Assembly: GCA_963821525.1 (NCBI GenBank)
Contig: CAWGED010000005.1
Location: 1-64,000, forward strand
DNA: 64,000 nucleotides
Origin: an uncultured Gemmatimonadales bacterium
GTDB lineage: Bacteria; Gemmatimonadota; Gemmatimonadetes; Gemmatimonadales; GWC2-71-9
Reading direction: 5' to 3'
Within the stretch, counting starts at the first letter, position 1, and each line of letters starts with the position of its first letter. Shown piece by piece: positions 56,025 to 64,000 of this stretch. The notes under the pieces were generated by a model. The model made no database searches. It saw only the letters and a program-made list of their open reading frames with translations, and had not been told where the DNA came from. The position numbers and the translations under genes are program-made.

Positions 56025-57886
56025 GTGACACATTCTGACGTGATGGCCCCAGGCCACGGCGCCGCTCCTCGGGCGGCCCAGGCACAACCTGTGGCCGAAG
56101 AGCGGATGAACATCGTGATCGGCGGCCATGTCGACCACGGGAAGAGCACGATCGTGGGCCGGCTGCTTGCCGACACTCATTCGCTGCCCGAGGGGAAGCT
56201 CGAGGCGATCAAGGCGCTCTGCGAGCGCACCGCCAAGCCGTTCGAATACGCCTTCCTGCTCGACGCGCTTAAGGACGAGCAGTCGCAGGGCATCACGATC
56301 GACGCAGCGCGGGTCTTCTTCAAGACGGCCAAGCGCCACTACATCATCATCGATGCGCCAGGGCACATCGAGTTCCTGAAGAACATGGTCACCGGCGCCT
56401 CCCGCGCCGAGGCTGCCCTCCTGGTCATCGATGCCAAGGAAGGAGTCCAGGAGAATTCCCGCCGCCACGGCTACATGATGTCCATGCTCGGCATCAAACA
56501 GATCGCCGTGCGTGGTCAACAAGATGGATCTGGTCGATTACAGCCAGCGCCACTACGAGGGGATCGTCCGGGAGTACACCGATTTCCTGAACCGGATCGG
56601 GGTTCATCCCGCGTGCTTTATTCCCGCCGCGGGACGGGAAGGCGACAACATCGCGAGCCCGTCGCCCAAGCATGAAGTGGCACACGGGTCCGACGGTGCT
56701 CCAGGCGCTGGATCAATTCAAAAGCGAAGGTCCCGCGGTAGGCCAGCCGTTCCGGATGCCGGTACAGGACGTCTACAAGTTCACCAAGCAGGGAGACGAC
56801 CGCCGCATTATCGCCGGAACCGTGGAAACCGGAACGCTGCGGGTCGGAGATGAAGTCGTCTTCTATCCTTCCGGCAAGCGCAGCCGGGTAAAGTCGATCG
56901 AGTCCTTCAACACGCCGGTCCGGCAGCAGGCGGAGGCGGGCCAGGCTGCGGGCTTCACGCTGTCGGAACAGATCTACGTCGCGCGGGGTGAGCTGGCCAC
57001 GGTCGCGACCGAGCCCAAACCCAAGGTCACTACCCGTCTCCGGGTGAGCCTCTTCTGGCTCGGCAAACAGCCCTTCATCAAGAAGAAGGATTACCTGCTC
57101 AAGCTGGGCTCGGCCCGCGTGCCGGCCCGTCTCGAAGAGATCACCCGGGTAATCGACGCCTCCAACCTGAATACCAGCGACACCAAGGACCGGGTGGACC
57201 GCCACGCTGTGGCGGAGTGCGTCCTCAAGCTCAATCGAGCGCTCGCTTTCGATCTCGCCGAGGAAATCGACGCGACCAGCCGCTTCGTCCTGGTGGACGA
57301 CTACGAGATCCGCGGCGGAGGCATCGTCCGCGAGGCGCTGCCCGACCGGCAGACCGAAATTCGCGAAAAGGTGATGCTCCGGAACTACAAGTGGGAGCCG
57401 AGCATCATTCAGCCGGAGCGCCGGGCAGAGAAGTACAGCCAGAAAGCCTCTCTGCTCCTCATCACCGGTGCCAAGGAGAGCGACCGCAAGTCGCTCGGCA
57501 AGGAGGTCGAGGCCCGGCTGTTCGAGGACGGACGCGTGGTCTACTTCCTCGGGATCGGGAATGTGCTCTACGGCATTGATGCCGACATCGAGCGCAAGTC
57601 CGAGAACCGGCAGGAGCACCTCCGCCGGCTGGGTGAGGTCGCCAACCTCATGCTCGATTCCGGGGCGATTCTCATCGTGACCGCAGCCGACCTGTCGCAG
57701 GAAGACCTGGAGGTCATCAAGACATCGGTTGATCCTGACCGGATCGAAACCGTCTGGGTGGGAGACAGCGTGACGACCGACATCACCTGCGACCTGATCC
57801 TGGCCGAACAGGAGGCCGAGGAAGAGGGGGTCGAGCGGATCAAGCGTCTGTTGCAGGACAAGGGCGTCCTGTTCCGGCCCTGGTGA
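56025..57886 (+). CDS. cysN: Sulfate adenylyltransferase GTPase subunit with a degenerate C-terminal APS-kinase-like domain, 2 frameshifts
   Basis: [51 protein letters not shown]-terminal [28 protein letters not shown]. Confidence 0.9.
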
Positions 57887-59250
57887 GCATGGTGAACGAG
57901 TCCGCCTCCGCGGTTTCTCCCGACGCCCTCACCCGGCTCACCGCGCTTGCGGTGAGAGCGGGCCAGGCGGCCATGGTGCACTACCACGACGGGGTCGCGG
58001 TCCGCCAGAAGGGCGACAAGGGCCCGGTTACCGCTGCCGATCATGCATCGCACGCCGTGATCGTTGAGGAGTTAGCGGCCTGGGACTCCTCGATCCCCAT
58101 CATTTCGGAGGAAGGGGACATTCCCGGGTACGAAGCCCGCCGGGCTTGGCGCCGATTCTGGTTGGTGGATCCGCTCGACGGCACCAAGGAATTCATCCAG
58201 AGGAACGGCGAGTTCACGGTGAACATCGCCCTGATCGAAAACGGAGTTCCTGTCCTCGGTGTGATCTATGCGCCGGCGTTGAGCCTGCTCTATTACGCCG
58301 GTCAGGGACTCGGCGCGTGGAAGCGCGAGGCTGGTGGTCAGCCGGAGCGTATCCTTTCTCGCCCACCGCTGCCGGGCCATGCCCTTCGGGTGGCGGAGAG
58401 CCGGTCCCATCCTTCAGAGGAACTGGAGCAGTATCTCAAGACGATCAAGGTCGCGGACCGGGTGCCGGCCGGGAGCTCGCTCAAGTTCTGCTGGGTCGCT
58501 GAAGGAAAGGCGGATATCTATCCCCGCCTGGGCCCGACGATGGAGTGGGACGTAGCGGCCGGGGACTGCATTTTCCGTAACTCCGGTACGCATGGGCCCC
58601 GGCGCTCGTCGCTCGTCTACAACCAGCCCGAGCTCCGCAACCAGGGGTTCATCGTCGGGCTGGACGACAGCGAGCTGGACACCTCCAGCAGTCGTGGCCG
58701 CGTGCTCTGGTTTACCGGCCTCTCCGGTTCGGGCAAGAGCACCATCGCGCGGCTGGTGGTGGAAGAACTGGAACGCCGGGGTAGTCCGGTCGAATATCTC
58801 GATGGAGACACGATCCGCGATATTTTCCCGGCGACCGGCTTCACTCGCGAAGACCGCGACCAGCACATCCGCCGGGTGGGTTACCTGGCCAGCCGCCTCG
58901 AGCGCCACGGAGTGACGGTAATCGCGTCGCTGGTGTCCCCCTACCGCGCTTCACGGGACTTCGTGCGCGGGCTGTGCCGGGACTTCGCCGAGGTCTGGGT
59001 CGCGACGCCGTTCGAGGAATGTGAGCGTCGAGATGTCAAGGGACTCTACGCCAAGGCCAGGCATGGCGAGATCAAGAACTTCACCGGGCTCGACGACCCG
59101 TACGAGCCTCCGGTGACGCCGGAGCTGACCATTCAGACTACGGGGAGAACTCCCGAGGAGTGTGCCGGGGAGGTCATCGGATGGCTGGATCAGATGCCAA
59201 CCGTAGTCGCGGAAGCCGGCAGGGTGCCGCAGCTTCACGAGAACTATTGA
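57883..59250 (+). CDS. cysQ-cysC: In-frame fusion of 3'(2'),5'-bisphosphate nucleotidase CysQ and adenylyl-sulfate kinase CysC
   Basis: [35 protein letters not shown]; then [36 protein letters not shown]; one uninterrupted 455-aa frame. Confidence 0.92.
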   Translation: MSMVNESASAVSPDALTRLTALAVRAGQAAMVHYHDGVAVRQKGDKGPVTAADHASHAVIVEELAAWDSSIPIISEEGDIPGYEARRAWRRFWLVDPLDGTKEFIQRNGEFTVNIALIENGVPVLGVIYAPALSLLYYAGQGLGAWKREAGGQPERILSRPPLPGHALRVAESRSHPSEELEQYLKTIKVADRVPAGSSLKFCWVAEGKADIYPRLGPTMEWDVAAGDCIFRNSGTHGPRRSSLVYNQPELRNQGFIVGLDDSELDTSSSRGRVLWFTGLSGSGKSTIARLVVEELERRGSPVEYLDGDTIRDIFPATGFTREDRDQHIRRVGYLASRLERHGVTVIASLVSPYRASRDFVRGLCRDFAEVWVATPFEECERRDVKGLYAKARHGEIKNFTGLDDPYEPPVTPELTIQTTGRTPEECAGEVIGWLDQMPTVVAEAGRVPQLHENY

Positions 59251-59260
59251 GGACTTAGTC

Positions 59261-60143
59261 ATGGATCATATTGATCAGCTGGAACACAGGAGCGTGCACA
59301 TCTTCCGTGAAGCCTATGCCAACTTCAAGAGCCTCTGCATGCTCTGGTCGATCGGCAAGGACAGCACGGTCCTGCTCTGGCTCGCGCGCAAGGCCTTCTT
59401 CGGGCATGTGCCGTTCCCCCTCGTTCACATCGATACCTCGTTCAAAATTCCGGAGATGATCCGCTATCGGGATCGCCTCGCGGCCGAGTGGAACCTGAAC
59501 CTCATCTACGGGCAGAACGAAGGCGCGCTGCGGGAGAAGCGCACGTTCCCCGACGGGGCCGTGGATCGCATCACCTGCTGCAGTCTGCTCAAGACTGAAG
59601 CGCTGAAAAGGACCCTTTCCGGGGAATGGCCGCGCTACCGCTTCAATCACGCGAAGAAGGCCTACGAGCTCGACAAGAACACCGAGCCCTTCACCGGCGT
59701 CATCGTCGGCGCCCGGGCCGACGAGGAAGGCAGCCGCTCCAAGGAGCGGTATTTCTCACCCCGGAACCGCGAGAACTCCTGGGATGTGGGCGACCAGCCG
59801 CCCGAGTTCTGGAACCAGTACAAGACCGACTTCGCGCCGGGCACCCACCTGCGGATCCACCCGCTGCTGGACTGGACCGAGCTGAACATCTGGGAATACA
59901 TCGAGCGGGAGAACATCCCGACGGTGTCGCTCTACTACAACCACGGCGACGGGATCAGGTATCGCTCGCTGGGTTGTGGACCCTGCACCAAGCACGTCGA
60001 GTCCGACGCGCAGAAATGTTCAGGAGATCATCGTCGAGCTGAAGACCGGCAAGTTCGCAAACATCGCGGAGCGGTCGGGCCGGGCCCAGGACAAGGACGA
60101 TGGCGGCGGGCTCGAGACTCTTCGGCGCGACGGGTACATGTGA
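59261..60143 (+). CDS. cysD: Sulfate adenylyltransferase subunit 2, frameshift near 60015
   Basis: [47 protein letters not shown]; true tail [15 protein letters not shown]. Confidence 0.92.
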
Positions 60144-60721
60144 CCGTCCTCAAGACCCGTCGTCGGATCACATCGCCGTTGAGGATCCGATAGCTCTCCA
60201 CTGCCACCCCCGGGGTCGCGCCGTCCGCGATCGTGTTCTCGAGCGCTGTGGACCCGCTGCGGCGAGTTCGGCATCCAGAGGCTCCCCATCCCGAGGGCTA
60301 CCTCGGAACCGGACTGAACATCCTCACCACGAACCTCCCTGCATGACGCGATAGGGCACACTCTACCCGGGCATCTCGGAAATTCAGCGGGACCTCCTCG
60401 CCAAGCCTTGGCCTCTTGCGAGTCCGGCGGCGATAGGGGTGACACGAGCCTGTGGCCGCCGAGCCACATGGGATCGTGGTTTTTCCGGAGCCGAGCAGGC
60501 CCCTATGCTTAACTCAATATATCACAATAGCTTACCTGGTAATCGGGCCGGAGCCTACTTGGGTAATCCGGACCTGCTACCCGCGGCACGCGGATCGCAT
60601 ATGTCGGTTCCGATCCAGTTTCAGCTCCCTGCGGCCATCCACGAGGCCACGCTTCCGTTACCGACCTGCGGAGCAGTGGTTCCGCGGCACCGTGCTTTCT
60701 CTCTCCTCACCAGTGAGGGAT

Positions 60722-62224
60722 ATGCGTCGGCTTTGCGCCTTGACCTTGTGGGGGTTTGCAGCAGCTCCGCTTCGGGGGCAGTCGGCTGCGCCCCTGCCTC
60801 TCGTCCTCACTCACATCACTGTCGTCGACATCACTGGCGGGCCGTCCCGACCCGACATGTCGGTGACGATTTCCGGCGGTCGGATCGCTTCGATCGCCCC
60901 TTCGTCCGGCGCAGTCGTGCCACACGGGATGAAAGTGGTGAATGCCGCGGGCAAGTATCTCATTCCCGGTCTCTGGGACATGCACGTGCATCTCACGGAA
61001 GCTCCGTCAGACGGTGAGGAGAGCGCGCTATCCGCCAAAGCGAATGCCCGGACTTACTACTTCCCGCTGCTTGTTGCCAATGGAGTGCTTGGTGTTCGTG
61101 ATATGGCGGGCATGCTCGATACTCTGATCAGCTTCCGAAAGGAGATCGCCTCGGGCAAGACCCTTGGGCCGCGCCTCATGGTCACGGGATTCAAACTGGG
61201 GTCGGCCAAGCCGGTGGTGTCGGGAGCGCCGGCGCCGGTCGAGACAGCGGCTCAGGTCCGCACCGCGGTGGAATTGCTTCGCCAGCACGGCGCCGACTTT
61301 GTGAAGGTGGATTTGGGGCCCGAAAGCGTGGGTCTCTATCCGGTCCTCGCGGAGGCCGCGAAGAGCCAGGGCCTGACCTTCGTGGGCCATGTGCCGCTCA
61401 CCATGAATCCGGGCGATGCCGCGGCGCTGGGACAGCGCAGCATCGAGCACCTGATGCAGGTTCCCCTCGCGTGTTCGAGTGAAGAGGCCGGCCTGCGCCG
61501 CAGGCTGCTCGCGCTCCGCGCCAACGCCAGCTTCATGCAACGATTAGCGGGATGGCGCCTTTGGTATCGGGACTTGCCGCACCAGTACGCGGTGTCGGAA
61601 CGGATTGCCGCCACCTACGACAGCGTCAAGGCGACGGCGCTGTTCAAGAGATTCGTGGACAGTGGGTCGTGGCAGACTCCAACCTTGTTCCTGGAGCGCG
61701 ATCGTGCCCTGCATATTCCGGGCAACAGCCCGGAGCTGGAGGCTCGTTTCGGTCTCGCCAGTAAGATGCGACGACCGATCCGCCCGTTCAGCAGGGAAAA
61801 TGGTGCGCGAAGTGAAGCCTATTACCGCCGGGAGCTTCAGATCGTTGGCGCGATGCACCGGGCAGGCGTCGGTCTTCTTGCAGGCACCGATCTTCCTGTC
61901 GGTCACGCCATTCCCGGATACAGCCTGCACGAGGAACTGGCGCTGATGGCGGAGAGCGGATTGTCCCCTCTTGCGGCGCTGCAGACTGCCACGCTCAATC
62001 CGGCCAGGTTCTTTGGACTTACCGATTCGCTCGGCACGGTGGAGGTGGGAAAGGTGGCAGACCTCGTCGTCCTCGCGGCCGACCCCCTCGCCAACATCAC
62101 GAATACCAGGCGAATTGACGCTGTGATTCTACACGGCAAGTTGTTGGACCGCCATGAACTGGATCAAATGTTGGAGGAAGTGGCAAGTCAGATGTTGGCC
62201 CGAGTGGCAATTAAGACTCGCTGA
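60722..62224 (+). CDS. Secreted metal-dependent amidohydrolase family protein
   Basis: Signal-like N-terminus from ATG 60722; IPGLWDMHVH, FVKV, GHVP, SIEH, AGTD, ATLNPA, GKVADLVVL. Confidence 0.88.
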   Translation: MRRLCALTLWGFAAAPLRGQSAAPLPLVLTHITVVDITGGPSRPDMSVTISGGRIASIAPSSGAVVPHGMKVVNAAGKYLIPGLWDMHVHLTEAPSDGEESALSAKANARTYYFPLLVANGVLGVRDMAGMLDTLISFRKEIASGKTLGPRLMVTGFKLGSAKPVVSGAPAPVETAAQVRTAVELLRQHGADFVKVDLGPESVGLYPVLAEAAKSQGLTFVGHVPLTMNPGDAAALGQRSIEHLMQVPLACSSEEAGLRRRLLALRANASFMQRLAGWRLWYRDLPHQYAVSERIAATYDSVKATALFKRFVDSGSWQTPTLFLERDRALHIPGNSPELEARFGLASKMRRPIRPFSRENGARSEAYYRRELQIVGAMHRAGVGLLAGTDLPVGHAIPGYSLHEELALMAESGLSPLAALQTATLNPARFFGLTDSLGTVEVGKVADLVVLAADPLANITNTRRIDAVILHGKLLDRHELDQMLEEVASQMLARVAIKTR

Positions 62225-62327
62225 GCGGAACAGAGAGGGAGGGGCGTCACTCCGCAGTAATCTTCGCTGCCGCATTCTCGAAGGTTTCCCCATGAATGCC
62301 AACGGGAAAACCGACGGGCCGAATGGA

Positions 62328-63239
62328 TTACGGTCGGCGCGTGATGTAACCGATCAGCTCCCCGAAACTCCAGGCAGCCAGCAAGAGAAAAACCAATGGA
62401 CTGACCGCGACGAAGCGCGAGGCGTTGACCCGCTTCTGGAATTGCATCCGCAGGTGGCGAAGCAGCAGGACGAAGGGGAGCACCGGGCAAAGAGCCGCAA
62501 GAAACACGCGGCGCAGCGAGCTGGTCTCCCTCGCTCGCGTGTAAGCGAACAGCCGTCCCCATCCGATTCGCTCCGACAAGACCCCGCCGAGCGTCACTCC
62601 ATCCCGCATCTGGTCCACGGCGAAGGACGGATCGAGCCATAGTACCTCTCCTGCTCGTTGCAACGCCCAGTGGACGGTCGTTTCGTGATAGCGCGATGCC
62701 CAAAGCTCCCGAGTCTTCTCCAGCGCGTGGCGCTTGTAGCAGATATTCACGTCGGAGACGTAGGGCCGCGGCCCTGCCTCGAAGGGAAGCTGGTAACGAC
62801 CGAAGTCGCAGAAATAGACCGCCCAATTGAGCAGCCGGTCCCGCCCGTTCTGAATCGCCCCACCAATCACGGCATGCGAGAGTCCGGCGTGCAATTCGGA
62901 GACCCGTGCAGCCCAGTCCGAGCGTGGCACCCCACGATCCTCGAGAATGGCGATCAGTTCCCCTCCGGCGATTGCCAGTCCCGCGGCTCTCCGCCGGTCG
63001 AACAGCTCATGCTGGCCCGCGGGACTCGGCTTGGGCCGGACAGTGTCGAGTCGTCCCAAGGCGAGGAAGCGAAAGCGCGGGAACCGCCGCTCCAATTCCG
63101 CCATGCCTTGCACGCTGTCATCCCAAGGGACGATGACTTCCAGCTCGGGTCCTCCGATCTGCTCGTTCAGCGCGCCGAGGCAGCGATCGAGGGTCGCTCC
63201 TCCATCCACGATCGTGACAACCACCGATAGGCGGCTCAC
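62328..63239 (-). CDS. GT2-family glycosyltransferase, paralogue of 10177-11091
   Basis: LSVVVT, IAILEDR, IGGAIQN, WAVYFCDF, NICYKR..LEK, WSFGELIGY; GTG start overlaps the upstream stop. Confidence 0.8.
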   Translation of the reverse strand: MSRLSVVVTIVDGGATLDRCLGALNEQIGGPELEVIVPWDDSVQGMAELERRFPRFRFLALGRLDTVRPKPSPAGQHELFDRRRAAGLAIAGGELIAILEDRGVPRSDWAARVSELHAGLSHAVIGGAIQNGRDRLLNWAVYFCDFGRYQLPFEAGPRPYVSDVNICYKRHALEKTRELWASRYHETTVHWALQRAGEVLWLDPSFAVDQMRDGVTLGGVLSERIGWGRLFAYTRARETSSLRRVFLAALCPVLPFVLLLRHLRMQFQKRVNASRFVAVSPLVFLLLAAWSFGELIGYITRRP

Positions 63240-63649
63240 AACACCGCCTCCGCAATGCGAGTTGCGTTGGCCATGAGGGTGAAGGTGAGGTCCTTGGCCG
63301 GCGAGAACGGGAACCCGGCTCCAGCTGTGATGATCGGGGTCTCGAATTGCCACTTGGGTCCATCTGGGCGACATCCGTGCCCCACCGCCGATTGCGACAT
63401 CGGCAGGAACCCCGCGTAGTGCACACGGGCCCCGTTGGGCAGGGCTCGTGTCATGCCCGGAGGGACGATCCCGCCCAAGCGCGCGAGCGCCTGTTTGACC
63501 GCCTGGATGGCTTCATCCGAACGACGGCCCAGGCTGGGGGCGGCGCGATACTCCAAGGACCAGCCTGGTAGCCGGCGGTCTTCCAGCGGCTCGATGTGGT
63601 GAAGGCTCGGTACTCCTCTGCGAGAGCTCTTCATCGACAATGGAGTCAT
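63236..63649 (-). pseudogene. C-terminal fragment of a GMC-family oxidoreductase (internally deleted)
   Basis: 137 aa with HYAG.LPM and FPFSPAKDLTFTLMANATRIA but no N-terminal FAD-binding GxGxxG. Confidence 0.65.
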
Positions 63650-64000
63650 CTGCCACGGAGGCTCTCACGAAGCATCGGGTCAATCGGTTGCATCTCCGGA
63701 ATGAACGGCTCGACCCAGGGATGTGGAGCCGCCGTACCATCGTTGGCAAACGATGCGAGTTGACCCGCGGTCAAGGGAAGAGCAGGGCCGACGCACCGTT
63801 GCAAGACCGCGAGGGATGCCCGGAGGGGTTCGAAGGGAACGTGCACCAGACGTCCTGATCCCCCTCTGACAATCGTGCGGATTCGTCTGATCAGACTCCT
63901 CCATCGGTAGGACTTCCGGGCCTCCGACTTCGAATTCGGTGGCGTCAAGCGAATACCGCTGTGCCGTTGCGATGAGCACTCGAGCCACGTCCTGCACCGC
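63646..64000 (-). CDS. C-terminal part of an NAD(P)-binding SDR/epimerase-like protein (5' end outside the window, 1 frameshift)
   Basis: VQDVARVL..FEVGGPEVL, LIRRIR..LVHVP, LPLTAGQL. Confidence 0.6.
   Translation of the reverse strand, partial: RCRTWLECSSQRHSGIRLTPPNSKSEARKSYRWRSLIRRIRTIVRGGSGRLVHVPFEPLRASLAVLQRCVGPALPLTAGQLASFANDGTAAPHPWVEPFIPEMQPIDPMLRESLRGR

Noticed and set aside
55814..56038. 74-aa ORF between the array and cysN
   Set aside because: It has a plausible RBS and overlap but no recognisable motif; cannot be supported without a homology search
56025..60143. Standard cysteine-biosynthesis (assimilatory) operon
   Set aside because: No cysH, cysI/J, cysG or cysK adjacent; cysQ is present instead
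1449..60143. Treating all frameshifted genes as true pseudogenes or programmed frameshifts
   Set aside because: Indels are scattered through most genes with catalytic motifs intact and few in-frame nonsense changes, typical of long-read consensus error
60452..60721. N-terminal extension of the amidohydrolase ORF
   Set aside because: A signal-peptide-like start with upstream GAGGGA lies at 60722; the extension covers the AT-rich regulatory patch
1..64000. CRISPR arrays, tRNA/rRNA, transposases, prophage or defence genes
   Set aside because: No repeat-spacer periodicity, RNA gene signatures or mobile-element motifs found by eye

Overview
GC-rich bacterial DNA, almost entirely one large surface-glycan/exopolysaccharide biosynthesis and tailoring region. 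The taxon cannot be established from the sequence alone. Many genes are broken by single-base indels, which look like long-read consensus errors and are densest at about 30-35.5 kb, so many gene boundaries below are reconstructed by eye. Layout: (1) a leftward operon at 1-7546 (DUF3473 deacetylase-GT2 fusion, flavoprotein, deacetylase, AsnB amidotransferase, nucleotide-sugar dehydrogenase); (2) back-to-back sigma54-type promoters; (3) a long rightward block at 7687-40561 with GT-C/GT2/GT4 glycosyltransferases, deacetylases, a UGM-like flavoprotein, epimerase, DPPR-synthase-like UbiA, Wzx and UPF0104 flippases, FemAB-like GNAT, FkbH plus ACP-acyltransferase, bi-domain oxidoreductase, a second AsnB and a DegT aminotransferase, interrupted by two antisense GH30-like lipoproteins and a methyltransferase; (4) a third sigma54 promoter, a small Tyr-bearing membrane peptide and EIGHT tandem membrane-anchored sulfatase-fold paralogues that all carry T-L-P-S-H instead of the C/S-x-P-x-R sulfatase signature; (5) directly after them a PAPS-supply module (CysN with a dead APS-kinase domain, a CysQ-CysC fusion, CysD) with no reductive cys genes and no canonical sulfotransferase in the window; (6) an amidohydrolase and the end of a convergent operon. 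The best candidate for an undescribed system is (4)+(5): a possible extracytoplasmic, LtaS/EptA-like glycan sulfo- or phospho-form transfer system. That function is inference, not demonstrated. No rRNA, tRNA, CRISPR or transposase was seen.
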